A stretch of DNA of 64,000 bases. Source: a virus. The stretch covers positions 1-64,000 of IMG/VR virus record IMGVR_UViG_3300033146_005170; one strand, given 5' to 3'. The notes under the pieces are model-generated. The model did not search any database, was not told the DNA's origin, and saw nothing but the letters and a program-made list of their open reading frames with translations. This document shows, piece by piece, positions 20,538-30,199 of this stretch. Numbering within the stretch: position 1 is the stretch's first letter; each line of letters starts with the position of its first letter. The position numbers were made by a program, and so were the translations under genes.

Positions 20538-20568
20538 ATTATATCATAAGATTTATTATGAGTAACAC
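20538..20568 (-). promoter_or_regulatory. Promoter GTTAC-N18-TATAAT
   Basis: gtgttac tcataataaatcttatga tataat on the minus strand. Confidence 0.7.
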
Positions 20569-20572
20569 AAAC

Positions 20573-21142
20573 TTAAATCTTTGCCATTAAATTAAATTTT
20601 AAGGCTATGACTAATTTTTCTTTTGGACTAAGTTTTTTAAGTCCTCTTATAACAAAGTCAAAATTATCTTCTTGTTCTACTATTTCTAAAGTATCTTCTG
20701 TATTATGATCAATATGATCTAGCTCAGTAAGCCCACACTTATCAGTTTGAAGTTCTAAAACTTGAATTATTAAATGTTTATTCATTCCTAACTCTTTAGC
20801 AATTAAATTAGCATCAGGGATAAAATCATGAATTTTTGCAAAGTCTTCAATAAATTTGTAAACTTTAAATCTATTATAGACAATATGACTTGGCAGTTTT
20901 AATACTCTAGATCTAGAGGTAAGAGCATATGTAATAGCTTGTTTTATCCAAAAGCCTGCATAAGTAGAGAACTTAGTACCATAAGAAGGATCATAATGCT
21001 CTATAGCATTTAGTAAGCCAATACTACCTTCTTGAATAAGATCTTGAAAGTCTAAGCCTTTACTTGTTTTTCGATATTTATTAGCTATTATTTTCACTAA
21101 ATATAAGTAATCTTCTACTAGGTCATTTATAAATGGGTCCAC
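20573..21142 (-). CDS. Sigma-70-family factor lacking the region 4.2 HTH
   Basis: Region 2 DLIQEGSIGLLNAIEHYDP..GTKFSTYAGFWIKQAI; ends at LSPKEKLVIALKFNLMAKI (region 4.1). Confidence 0.9.
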   Translation of the reverse strand: MDPFINDLVEDYLYLVKIIANKYRKTSKGLDFQDLIQEGSIGLLNAIEHYDPSYGTKFSTYAGFWIKQAITYALTSRSRVLKLPSHIVYNRFKVYKFIEDFAKIHDFIPDANLIAKELGMNKHLIIQVLELQTDKCGLTELDHIDHNTEDTLEIVEQEDNFDFVIRGLKKLSPKEKLVIALKFNLMAKI

Positions 21143-22560
21143 TCTCTTATCTCCTTTTCAGTTATACGATTATCGAAAAATACAGATACTTCTTCTTTAC
21201 CACTAAGAACTTGTTTAATAAAATCTATATTAGTTTTTATACCTCTAAATAAAGCTACTGCTGGTGTATTTTTAGCAATTAGAACAAAAATATTCACTTC
21301 CTCAGTTTGACCTGGTCTATGAACTCTATCTTGTCCTTGAAAAAATCCATCTACTTCATGATCAAGTTCAGCAAAAATTACATTATGAGCTTGTTGAAGA
21401 TCTAGACCTACTCCTGCTGATTTAGGATTAGCCAAAAGGCATTGAACTTTTTTTGATTTAAAAAGTCTAACTGCTTCATCTTTCTTTTTAGCAGATACTC
21501 TTCCGTGTAATTCTGTAAAAGTTATTTTTTTATTTATAAGCAGCTCTTTCATTAAGTCCATATTAGCATGGAAATGTCCAAAAAGTATAAATTGTTCTGT
21601 ACCTAAATCATCAATTAAATTGCTTAAAACCTCCAAATAAGCTGATGGTTCTTTGGAATCTACTAACTTAGGATTAAACATAGCTCTTCTAGCTTCCATC
21701 ATTAAAGCTGAGCCTTGTAAATAGACCAATTCTTTACTTACATCTTTAAGTTCTAAAAAGCCAAAACTAATAAGTTCACGTAGATTTTTTTCATGCTTTT
21801 CAGCTAAACTAAACTGCTTTATAATCAGTCTTTTTTTAGGCAAGTCTTTTAAAACATCTTTTTTTAATAGTCTTCTACTAAATTTATTTAGCATATTACC
21901 TAATTCTGTTAGTCTTCTCCAACCAGTTATCAAAGGAAAACCATCTTTACCTTTACCCCTAATGACATGAATTCTTTCAAAGTTCTTTTTAGTCACATAA
22001 ACTGCAGGTTTTATTAATTGAAAAATATGAAATAAATCTCTTGGATCTTTAGTTAAAGGTGTACCATTCATTACAGTGACATACTTTGCTTTAAAGGCTA
22101 AAGCTTGAACTACACCAAAACGATTCATTCTACCTGTAGAAGTAGATCTTTTGACTTCTCCAATTTTTACATTTTTAGATTCATCTATGGTAACAATATT
22201 CCAGGGAAATTTTTTAAGCTTTTCATAGTCTCTTACAACTAAATCATAGCTTATAATAACAATATTATGAGCCTCAATATTAAGTTTAGAACGTTGTTTA
22301 ATTGTACCTTTATACTTTAAAGCTTTTAAATTAGTATCAAAATACTCATAAATTTTATCATACCAAGTATCTAGCAATATTGGAGGTACAATTACTAAAG
22401 CCTTGCCACCTTCAGTCTCTAAAACATAAGTAATTAGTAAAAGAGCTCCAAAAGTTTTACCAACTCCAGGATCATGTAAAAGAGCTCCTTTTTGTTTATG
22501 TAAAAGATATTTAAAATCTTCTAACTGATAGTCATATGGATCTAATTTTATCTTAGTCAT
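21127..22560 (-). CDS. SNF2-family helicase
   Basis: HDPGVGKT, IDES, GTP, SAGVGLDL, QGQDRVHRPGQ. Confidence 0.92.
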   Translation of the reverse strand: MTKIKLDPYDYQLEDFKYLLHKQKGALLHDPGVGKTFGALLLITYVLETEGGKALVIVPPILLDTWYDKIYEYFDTNLKALKYKGTIKQRSKLNIEAHNIVIISYDLVVRDYEKLKKFPWNIVTIDESKNVKIGEVKRSTSTGRMNRFGVVQALAFKAKYVTVMNGTPLTKDPRDLFHIFQLIKPAVYVTKKNFERIHVIRGKGKDGFPLITGWRRLTELGNMLNKFSRRLLKKDVLKDLPKKRLIIKQFSLAEKHEKNLRELISFGFLELKDVSKELVYLQGSALMMEARRAMFNPKLVDSKEPSAYLEVLSNLIDDLGTEQFILFGHFHANMDLMKELLINKKITFTELHGRVSAKKKDEAVRLFKSKKVQCLLANPKSAGVGLDLQQAHNVIFAELDHEVDGFFQGQDRVHRPGQTEEVNIFVLIAKNTPAVALFRGIKTNIDFIKQVLSGKEEVSVFFDNRITEKEIREWTHL

Positions 22561-22562
22561 AG

Positions 22563-25307
22563 TTACTCCATAAAATTATCTAATACAATATTCTCTTTAG
22601 AGGCTAGATAAGTATTAATGCCTATAATAGCTCTATGCTTACCTTTTATAATCTTATCAGATCTATGAATCTTAACAGTTACATAAGACTTTTTAGACAT
22701 TTGAGAGGCAAAGCTAACTCTATCTGTTAAATATACACTAATCTTATTTTTATGAATATAGGCAGATAGATTATTATAGCAAGCCATAATATCTAAATAG
22801 AGTATTCCATTTTCAATAAGATAATGCCTATCTTTCATGAGTATCAAATCTCCAACAGTGATATTCATAAGATCTGCTATATCATTCATAATTGTAAGAC
22901 TTTGAGCTATGTCATCCATTGATTTCATTTCTTGATAAACAAGATTAGCTTCAGAAGTACAACTTTTAATATAGCTATTCATAGCAACTTGCATTTTGTC
23001 TACAAGAGCTTCATCACTAGTATAAAGTAAAACATACTGCTGCAGGTAGTCCATTACAGTGATTAGATTGGCTATATTCCTTCTAGGACGATTTTCAAAT
23101 ACTTGCTTATATTTATTTTCTAGATCTTTGTCATAAGCAAGAATTTTGTCTACAAATTCTTCAGGTCTTATGCGCATAACAAATTCTAAAAAATGAGCAC
23201 CAATAATTTCTACATTAAGTCGTTTCATATTTTCTAAAGCTTCAGATCTTCTTTTTGTATGTGTTACTTTATCCATATGAATTAAAATAATTCTATCTTG
23301 AACTGCACCTTCATTTATTTGTTGCTCACCAATTATTGCTAAAGGAGCTAGGAAAGGTGTTTCTTCTATAGTTCTAGACCTGGTACCTCTAGATTCAAAA
23401 CTTTTATTATAAGAAGCTCTAATAGCTTGAGATACTTGACCTTCTTCTCCTCTTTTAGAAGTATTTGCAGAAGGCTTAAATTCATCAAAAATTAAAGGCA
23501 TAAGATTAGTTGAGCTACAAAATTTATTCATAGAGAAAGCTGTAGTTGAGCTAATGCTAGGAAAAGAAGGTCTTTCTGGTGCAAACAGTCTATGTAGTTG
23601 TAACATTGTTTGAGTTTTACCAGAGCCGTGAGTACCTGTTACAAATAAACTTGGCATAGGCTCATTTAAAGTCATACAATGTGGACTAAAGAAAGCTGAA
23701 AAGAACCAAGTAGTTAAAGGTACTATTACTTCATTTGCATTCATATCTAAAAAAGTATTAAAGAAAGTAATTATCTGATCTGCTCTAGGTGGTTCTGTAG
23801 AAGTAAAATTCAATTTAGTCCTAGTAGTGACAGAAGAATCTGTAGTAGACTTAATCTTATCAATAGTATTGTTTAAAGACATAGAGCCTTCATGAGTTAC
23901 ATAGTGCCATTCATCTTTATACCAATATAAACCAGTATAGCTTATCTCCCTTATCTTTTTGTGATCACTTTCGTGCATGATAGCTAGTTTTAGCATCTGT
24001 AAATCCTTATCTGTTCCAACATAGGCCATTCGCATTCCACAAAGTTTAGCAAATAATGCTCTAGAAGTAAAAGCCTCATCTGTAAATTCTTTTATTTCAT
24101 CTTGACAACTAGGACTACTAAATTTAGCCAAAAACTTACTCTTGTCTTCATAGCTAGCGTCCATTTTAACAGTCTCAGAAATTAATTCAATAGTAAAGTT
24201 TGAAAGTCTTCTTGGAGCATCTTCTAGACCTTCTCCTATATAGTAGTACTCTCCATCTTTAATCAATATACCTTCGTATACTGAAGCATTTGCTTCTCCT
24301 GTTTTAATTTCACAAGAGTTACAATCTACGTTATCTACACAACTAAGCATCATTTTGCAACCAAATTTAAACTTATCTGGTGCTTCTTTAGCATAGTCAT
24401 ATAGACCTCTAAAATGTTGTTCAAAAGCAGTAGGTGTCTTATACTGCGTAGATCTATAAGTTTGAATAAACATTCTATTATAAGAAACTATCTGATCAAT
24501 TGTCCAACCTTTAGCAATACCGTAGCTAATAGCTTGCATAGTAAGTAAATTACTGTTTACATTACCTTTAATATCAGAGTTTTCAGCTAGCTTTCTTACA
24601 CAAATAGGTGTAGCAGTTTCTAGTACGACATTATCTGGTACTGGTTTACCTATTTTAACTAGATCAACTAATTTTTTAGTAGATTGAAACCAAGAAACAA
24701 GCAGTTCATTTTTCTTATTCTTTTTAAATTTAGGTGGATATTCTCCAGGCTTAGTAACTAGCTGTTTAATTTGATCAGCAGTTATACCATTAAAAAGAGC
24801 CTCAGGTATCCAAACCTTATAGTTACCATTTTCTCTTTTTACATTTGTACGGCGCCATTGTCGTCCTTTACCTTGAGAATAAACAGCTAAATCTAGAGAA
24901 CTAATAGTTGGTAAACTATCATTGAGCCTAATAGCTAAATTTTTATATCTTAAAGGTAGAGCTTTTACAAACTTAGGATCCATATATAAATTAGGGTTTA
25001 GTTCAAAATGAAAACCTTTACCACCACTGGCGTAAATTCTATAGTCTTCAGCTTCTAAATGATATGTAGCCTTAAAATAAGCTAATACTTCTCTAAGATC
25101 AGCTAAAGCTTCAGTTAAATTAGGGCTATCAAAATCTAAATAAAAAGGTCCCCAATACTCTTGCTCTTCTCCACTTGCTTCTACATCCTCTTGTCTATAT
25201 TTTACGTATAATACAGACTCATATTTAGCATTTTCTGGAATTTGCTCTTCAGGTACGCATTTCCACTTCTCTTTATGCTCAATATGGTAATATTTTAAAC
25301 TGTGCAT
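22563..25307 (-). CDS. Primase-helicase fusion (AEP primase, Cys-rich domain, P-loop helicase)
   Basis: LDFD and SGGKGFH AEP motifs; PICV...CKMMLSC..VDCNSC; GTHGSGKT and LIFDE. Confidence 0.85.
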   Translation of the reverse strand: MHSLKYYHIEHKEKWKCVPEEQIPENAKYESVLYVKYRQEDVEASGEEQEYWGPFYLDFDSPNLTEALADLREVLAYFKATYHLEAEDYRIYASGGKGFHFELNPNLYMDPKFVKALPLRYKNLAIRLNDSLPTISSLDLAVYSQGKGRQWRRTNVKRENGNYKVWIPEALFNGITADQIKQLVTKPGEYPPKFKKNKKNELLVSWFQSTKKLVDLVKIGKPVPDNVVLETATPICVRKLAENSDIKGNVNSNLLTMQAISYGIAKGWTIDQIVSYNRMFIQTYRSTQYKTPTAFEQHFRGLYDYAKEAPDKFKFGCKMMLSCVDNVDCNSCEIKTGEANASVYEGILIKDGEYYYIGEGLEDAPRRLSNFTIELISETVKMDASYEDKSKFLAKFSSPSCQDEIKEFTDEAFTSRALFAKLCGMRMAYVGTDKDLQMLKLAIMHESDHKKIREISYTGLYWYKDEWHYVTHEGSMSLNNTIDKIKSTTDSSVTTRTKLNFTSTEPPRADQIITFFNTFLDMNANEVIVPLTTWFFSAFFSPHCMTLNEPMPSLFVTGTHGSGKTQTMLQLHRLFAPERPSFPSISSTTAFSMNKFCSSTNLMPLIFDEFKPSANTSKRGEEGQVSQAIRASYNKSFESRGTRSRTIEETPFLAPLAIIGEQQINEGAVQDRIILIHMDKVTHTKRRSEALENMKRLNVEIIGAHFLEFVMRIRPEEFVDKILAYDKDLENKYKQVFENRPRRNIANLITVMDYLQQYVLLYTSDEALVDKMQVAMNSYIKSCTSEANLVYQEMKSMDDIAQSLTIMNDIADLMNITVGDLILMKDRHYLIENGILYLDIMACYNNLSAYIHKNKISVYLTDRVSFASQMSKKSYVTVKIHRSDKIIKGKHRAIIGINTYLASKENIVLDNFME

Positions 25308-25319
25308 TTATTTACCCCA

Positions 25320-25892
25320 TTATAAAGGTAGACGACTAGTTTGTACCTTTAGATATGTATCTTCTAAATAGTTATAAGTTTCTTCAAAAGTCCAAGCTTT
25401 ATCTAGACAGTGTACTAAAAAAGCATTATCTTCAATAGGCTGGAGATTAGTACCCCAGTTTTTAAAGTATTCTCCTTGCTTATAGCCATAATCTTGACGA
25501 AGTTTATTTAAAGCTTGTTTACCAAGAATATAATTAACAACTGCCGGATTTTGATTAACTATTAACCTAATAGCTTGATTATATTGATCTGTAGTAAAGG
25601 TGTAGGTTAGCTTTCTAAGAAAAAGGTAATCAGACTCTGCTGGTGCAAGCTCTATAATCGGCTTAAGAGGTTGCTTTTTGTAATAGGCAACATTAATTAT
25701 AAAGATAACTATATCTGCCATTTCAATTAGGATATTTAACTCGTCTCTGTCTACTTTTTTCCAGTCAGCATAACCTAAACTAGCAGTTAGTTCTCCAATT
25801 TCTTCTAAACCTGCAAGCCACATTACTTCAGCATTAGAGTCCATAGTCTTTTGCCAAGCAAATTGTCTTGTGATTATATCTGAAATATTCAT
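25320..25892 (-). CDS. dut: Dimeric all-alpha dUTPase-family pyrophosphatase
   Basis: EEIGE, WKK, IEMADI..F, GKQALNKLRQDYGYKQGEY.K.W...EDN. Confidence 0.85.
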   Translation of the reverse strand: MNISDIITRQFAWQKTMDSNAEVMWLAGLEEIGELTASLGYADWKKVDRDELNILIEMADIVIFIINVAYYKKQPLKPIIELAPAESDYLFLRKLTYTFTTDQYNQAIRLIVNQNPAVVNYILGKQALNKLRQDYGYKQGEYFKNWGTNLQPIEDNAFLVHCLDKAWTFEETYNYLEDTYLKVQTSRLPL

Positions 25893-26090
25893 TATTTATC
25901 CTTTAATATGTATATTAAAATATTATATAATAAGCTATAAAATAAGATGTACGAAGAGAAAAATTAGGGAGTCAAAAAAGAGGGTGGAGCAGCCAAACCT
26001 TTTTAGGGTTAATTTATTTTATCGCCAAACAAACTTAAATTTAAGCTCCACCCCTTATAGTGTAATTAAAAGAACATGGCTAGTTTAATG

Positions 26091-26264
26091 TCATTTACCT
26101 TTCGGACAGCGCTCTCCATAACAAGGATCATTACCAACAAGAACTTCTGGAGTTTGATTTAAAAGTCCTCGTAAGTATCTCCACATAGGAAGCCTTCTTT
26201 TTTTGGCTTCCTTCTGTAAAATTTCTTTTAATTCTACAGGAATGGCTATATGAGTATATTTCAT
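26091..26264 (-). CDS. 57-aa ribbon-helix-helix-like protein (not in ORF track)
   Basis: MKYTHIAIPVELKEILQKEAKKRRLPMWRYLRGLL: strand-helix-helix pattern; ATGA overlap. Confidence 0.6.
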   Translation of the reverse strand: MKYTHIAIPVELKEILQKEAKKRRLPMWRYLRGLLNQTPEVLVGNDPCYGERCPKGK

Positions 26265-26632
26265 TTAAAAAAATCCTTTAAAGAACTTAATTTTTTAGCT
26301 GGCTTAATAAACTCAGCTCTTTTATAGAAAGTACCTTTTTTAGATTCATTCCAACAAGAACTGTCAATATGAAAAGTACTATCTTTATTTATTACAAAAG
26401 CAAAGTCAAGATTATTCATACTTCTTACAAATCTAGCATTGCCTTTACGAATTTGTATAAAACAACCTTCTTTAAGAGCCTTATCTATTTTATCTGAAGA
26501 TAGAATAGAAATTTTAACAGGCTCTTGATTAAAATTTTGAATTACTTCTTTTCTTAAAATGAAGGTATTTAAAACTAGAGCATAGACTATTAATATGACA
26601 ATAATTACTGATTTCATATCAGTCTCCTGCAC
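26261..26632 (-). CDS. N-terminally membrane-anchored hypothetical protein
   Basis: Hydrophobic N-terminus VIIVILIVYALVL. Confidence 0.55.
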   Translation of the reverse strand: MQETDMKSVIIVILIVYALVLNTFILRKEVIQNFNQEPVKISILSSDKIDKALKEGCFIQIRKGNARFVRSMNNLDFAFVINKDSTFHIDSSCWNESKKGTFYKRAEFIKPAKKLSSLKDFFK

Positions 26633-27695
26633 TTACACATTCATTATAAGGTATACCTTGGCCCTGAGCTAAGCATTCTGCTTCTGTACGTTTATCAGCA
26701 CAACAGTGTTTATGAAAACTGTCGTGAATTTCTCTACGTACTTCATAACCCTCATAGTCTTTAAAGCATTTAACCATTGGACCTCTATAATATACGTGAT
26801 CATCAACATGATCAATAACTGTAAGATTCCAATCACCTACACCAGAATAATTTTTTACTATTTGCTTTCCATCATAGACTAAAGTAACTTTATTAGTTGC
26901 TTTATTTCTGTCCCATTTATATCTAGAAGTATAAGCAGCATAGTGTGTTTGATTATCTGCACAGATGCAAGGTTCAGGCTCTGGACAAAAATCTACTTTC
27001 TTAACATTAAGATAATCTAAAGCTGTATAAGTAGTAAGGGTAGATTGTTCATCACCAAACATAACATACATAATATCAGCTAAAGCTTTAAATCTAAATA
27101 CGGTGGTATTACTATCATAAGGATTAAAACCGTCTTGCCAACTCCATTGATAAGGTGCATTTATATAAGTATTTGGGGTTTCTGAAACAGCTAGTCTTAT
27201 AGTATTAGAAACTACAGCGGCTACTTTAGCTCTAAGTTCATACCAGCTATCTTTTTCAAGATTTAGTCTTTTATGAGCTATTCTTTTACCATTATATTTA
27301 TAAGAACAATTAAGCTCGCCATTCTCTACTGTAAGAATTGCGTTTTCAGGTTCCCAGTCTAGTAAAGTTTGGTTTTTGTCGTCAAAGGTAGTATAATAAA
27401 CATACCTAGGTTCTGTATTATTACAATCGGGAGGCTCCGGACAATCTGGTGGTTCAGGACAAGTACAATTGCATTCTGGTGGTTCAGGACAAGTACAGTT
27501 GCATTCTGGTGGTTCAGGACAATCTGGCTCATTAAAAGTAAGCCAATTAATTTGGTCTATAATCTGCTCTAAAGAGGAACTATAGCTTAAAGTAGTTCTA
27601 GGGCCTAAAGTTATAGGATTTATAAAGTATAAGCTTAAAGCTACAAGAAAAAAGGTTGCAATAGCGCCAAATAAGAAGTTTTTCATTGGTAACAC
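26619..27695 (-). CDS. Membrane-anchored/exported protein with Cys-Pro repeats and a beta-sandwich domain
   Basis: N-terminal TM; (PEPPECNCTC)n; CBM-like segment. Confidence 0.6.
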   Translation of the reverse strand: MLPMKNFLFGAIATFFLVALSLYFINPITLGPRTTLSYSSSLEQIIDQINWLTFNEPDCPEPPECNCTCPEPPECNCTCPEPPDCPEPPDCNNTEPRYVYYTTFDDKNQTLLDWEPENAILTVENGELNCSYKYNGKRIAHKRLNLEKDSWYELRAKVAAVVSNTIRLAVSETPNTYINAPYQWSWQDGFNPYDSNTTVFRFKALADIMYVMFGDEQSTLTTYTALDYLNVKKVDFCPEPEPCICADNQTHYAAYTSRYKWDRNKATNKVTLVYDGKQIVKNYSGVGDWNLTVIDHVDDHVYYRGPMVKCFKDYEGYEVRREIHDSFHKHCCADKRTEAECLAQGQGIPYNECVSAGD

Positions 27696-27969
27696 CTATT
27701 AAAGGAATTAAGAGCCTAAAAAGGCTCTAAAGGAGATAGTAAATGCACAAAACTTGAGGAGAAGGCACTTACCGCCAGCACTAGTTTAAAGCAAGAAAAA
27801 AGACTGCACTGGGCGGTTGTGGGGTGTGGTAACTTGCTATTCTCAAGAAAATACCAGCCGTTGAGTAGGCAGCAAAAAATATCAAAAAACGCCTATAGTT
27901 ACTCTTACCATCGTGAAGTGATTGACACCCCTAAACATGAAGCCTAAGAAGGCTTCACTATTAGAAGTG

Positions 27970-28485
27970 TTAAACTTCTTTAGGAGTCTCTTCAGCCTCA
28001 GCATCAGGAGCATCAGGAGCATCTTCAGGAATACCTGCTGGCTCTTCATTATTTGTTTCAGGATTAGGATCCTCAACTTTTTTCTTTCTAGCTCTAGCCA
28101 CAACCGGACGGCCTTTGCTTTTCAACCAATTTGCATACCAAGCAATAGAATTTGAGGTAGTCTCAACGCCTTCAGTTTCTTTCAGGTACCTAGCAAGTTC
28201 CGTATAGCTAAGTTCTGCCAAACTTTCATCTTGCAGTACTTTTATAGTATGATAAGCTTTTGTATTAGGATTCTCTCCTAGGGAGCCTCGCTTTGTCTTT
28301 TTAACGATAACGCCCTCATCATCAAGAGCAAAACCATTCTCATCTAGAAATTCTACCATAGCCTCTCGATCATCAATCTCATTATAATGATTAACGATTT
28401 TTTCCATCAGACGTTCTTTTGAGTCCTTGTCTTCCACCTCTAGCCCTAAACCAGCTGCTCTAGCTATCAACTGTACTTTTGTCAT
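27970..28485 (-). CDS. Putative DNA-binding protein, paralogue of 36547-36888
   Basis: LQDE...SYTELARYL...TTSNSIAWY; acidic tail; AAGGA RBS before ATG 28485. Confidence 0.55.
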   Translation of the reverse strand: MTKVQLIARAAGLGLEVEDKDSKERLMEKIVNHYNEIDDREAMVEFLDENGFALDDEGVIVKKTKRGSLGENPNTKAYHTIKVLQDESLAELSYTELARYLKETEGVETTSNSIAWYANWLKSKGRPVVARARKKKVEDPNPETNNEEPAGIPEDAPDAPDAEAEETPKEV

Positions 28486-28533
28486 AGTATTTCCTTTTAT
28501 GTTTTTCAAAGTTACTTTAGCTTTGATATTATT

Positions 28534-28564
28534 ATTATAACGTGAGTTTTAATACAAGTTACAC
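28534..28564 (-). promoter_or_regulatory. Promoter GTAAC-N18-TATAAT
   Basis: gtgtaac ttgtattaaaactcacgt tataat. Confidence 0.7.
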
Positions 28565-28567
28565 AAT

Positions 28568-28771
28568 TCAAAATTTATCATTTTGAACTAGTCTTACTAT
28601 AGCTTCATATACCTCCTTTGCATAGTTGCTTTTTTCAAAAAACCAATTTGACTCTCCAGCGGCAGTGATGAACTTAATACTTTTATCAAGCTGAATTATC
28701 TCAACTGCCAGATTCAAATTAAAAATATTTTTATCATTATATGGGTTTACAAACCAGCCATTAAATTTCAT
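28568..28771 (-). CDS. Hypothetical protein
   Basis: 67-aa ORF in operon. Confidence 0.55.
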   Translation of the reverse strand: MKFNGWFVNPYNDKNIFNLNLAVEIIQLDKSIKFITAAGESNWFFEKSNYAKEVYEAIVRLVQNDKF

Positions 28772-29713
28772 TTAAAAATCCTCAAGTTGTTTTAATAAGC
28801 ACTCTTCTGGTAGTTTATCATCATACCAACGAACAAATACTCCATGCCTAAGTTTTTTATTCTTGGTTACATCATTAGCTCGAACTGTTAAAACCTTATG
28901 TTTAAGTTTTCCGTCTATAGCCAGTTGAGTTGCTTCTGCTCGACTGTTTAGATCTCCTAAAGAAGTAATTTTACCAATAGGATATATAGCTCCATGATGG
29001 TATACAGCGACTTCTAAAGCTCCTATCATACCTTCAAATTTACCTTTTCCAGGAGTAGTACCTATAACAAAACAATCAACTTCTAATTGCTTTTTGACTT
29101 TAGTCCAGCCTTTTTCATACCTTACTAAGTCATGTTTAAGCATAATACCTTCTCCATTATGCTCCATAATATCATTCCAAAGTCTTTTATAATTGTTAAT
29201 ACTCCAAGATCTGGCATGATAAACATGGTCATCTCCATAAATAAAAGGACTTTTTAAAATTTGAGGTTTTAGACTATCAAACATAAAAGTTCTAATAGTT
29301 TCTCTTCTAGTTAAGTAACTCTCATTAAAAATATTAAATCCAGCCCATCTTTGAACATCAAAGATTATGATTTTTAAATCTTCTGAAACTATTCCTTTTG
29401 AACCTAGTTCTGATTGAGTAGCATTCCAACTATTCTCTGCTATTACTAGAGCTTCAACGTCTAAAATAGTATCATTGGGTAAATTCATTTTCTCTAATTG
29501 AGAAATTATATGAGGAATTTGTTCTGCCTTATTATGACCACCTCTAGTATGAGCATAATACTTATTTTCCACCTTAGATAAAATAAGCCTATGCCCATCA
29601 AATTTTTCTTCTACATAGATATGTGGCAGTTTAGCTAATACGCTAACTCCATCTATATTGATAGACTTTCCTGCTGATAAAAAATTACCGTATTTAGAAC
29701 TTTTAAAAGACAT
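28772..29713 (-). CDS. Minimal ATP-dependent DNA ligase
   Basis: Motif I EEKFDGHR, IFDV, EGIMLK, WTKVK, OB domain GKGKFEGMIGAL...LRHGVF. Confidence 0.9.
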   Translation of the reverse strand: MSFKSSKYGNFLSAGKSINIDGVSVLAKLPHIYVEEKFDGHRLILSKVENKYYAHTRGGHNKAEQIPHIISQLEKMNLPNDTILDVEALVIAENSWNATQSELGSKGIVSEDLKIIIFDVQRWAGFNIFNESYLTRRETIRTFMFDSLKPQILKSPFIYGDDHVYHARSWSINNYKRLWNDIMEHNGEGIMLKHDLVRYEKGWTKVKKQLEVDCFVIGTTPGKGKFEGMIGALEVAVYHHGAIYPIGKITSLGDLNSRAEATQLAIDGKLKHKVLTVRANDVTKNKKLRHGVFVRWYDDKLPEECLLKQLEDF

Positions 29714-29963
29714 AGTTATCTCCTTTTATAAACTCGCATACCTCTTCAGCTAAATCTCTTATATAGGTAGTTTCGCAGGTATCTTCATAATCGCTGCACA
29801 TTGCCACGACACCATCGCATATTTCTGTGATCCCCATAATTTGCAATACATCTAAATAAACTGAGACTGTTCCTATTGAATATTCAGATAATATAGCTTT
29901 AAAGGTATTATGCTCTATAAGATCATTTAAGGTTATCTTATTCTGAGTCAAAGTCAGAGCCAT
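29703..29963 (-). CDS. Hypothetical protein
   Basis: 86-aa ORF in operon. Confidence 0.5.
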   Translation of the reverse strand: MALTLTQNKITLNDLIEHNTFKAILSEYSIGTVSVYLDVLQIMGITEICDGVVAMCSDYEDTCETTYIRDLAEEVCEFIKGDNYVF

Positions 29964-30198
29964 TAAAGCCTCCTTCTATATTTGGTTCATAGCTTTTACC
30001 ACCTACAAAATCTCCATCAGGAGTAACATTATAGGTTTTACCACCCACAAAATCTCCATCAGGTGTAACATTATAAGTTTTGCTTTCTACAAAGTCTCCA
30101 TCAGGTGTAATATTATAAGTATCACTGTTGAGAAGCCTACCTTCAGGTGTCATTGTCAATGCCATTATGGCAATACTTATAGATAAGGCTTTTTTCAT
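29938..30198 (-). CDS. Small exported protein with 14-aa tandem repeats
   Basis: Signal-like N-terminus; TYN(I/V)TPDGDFV(ES/GG)K x3 (42-nt repeats). Confidence 0.65.
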   Translation of the reverse strand: MKKALSISIAIMALTMTPEGRLLNSDTYNITPDGDFVESKTYNVTPDGDFVGGKTYNVTPDGDFVGGKSYEPNIEGGFNGSDFDSE

Positions 30199-30199
30199 A

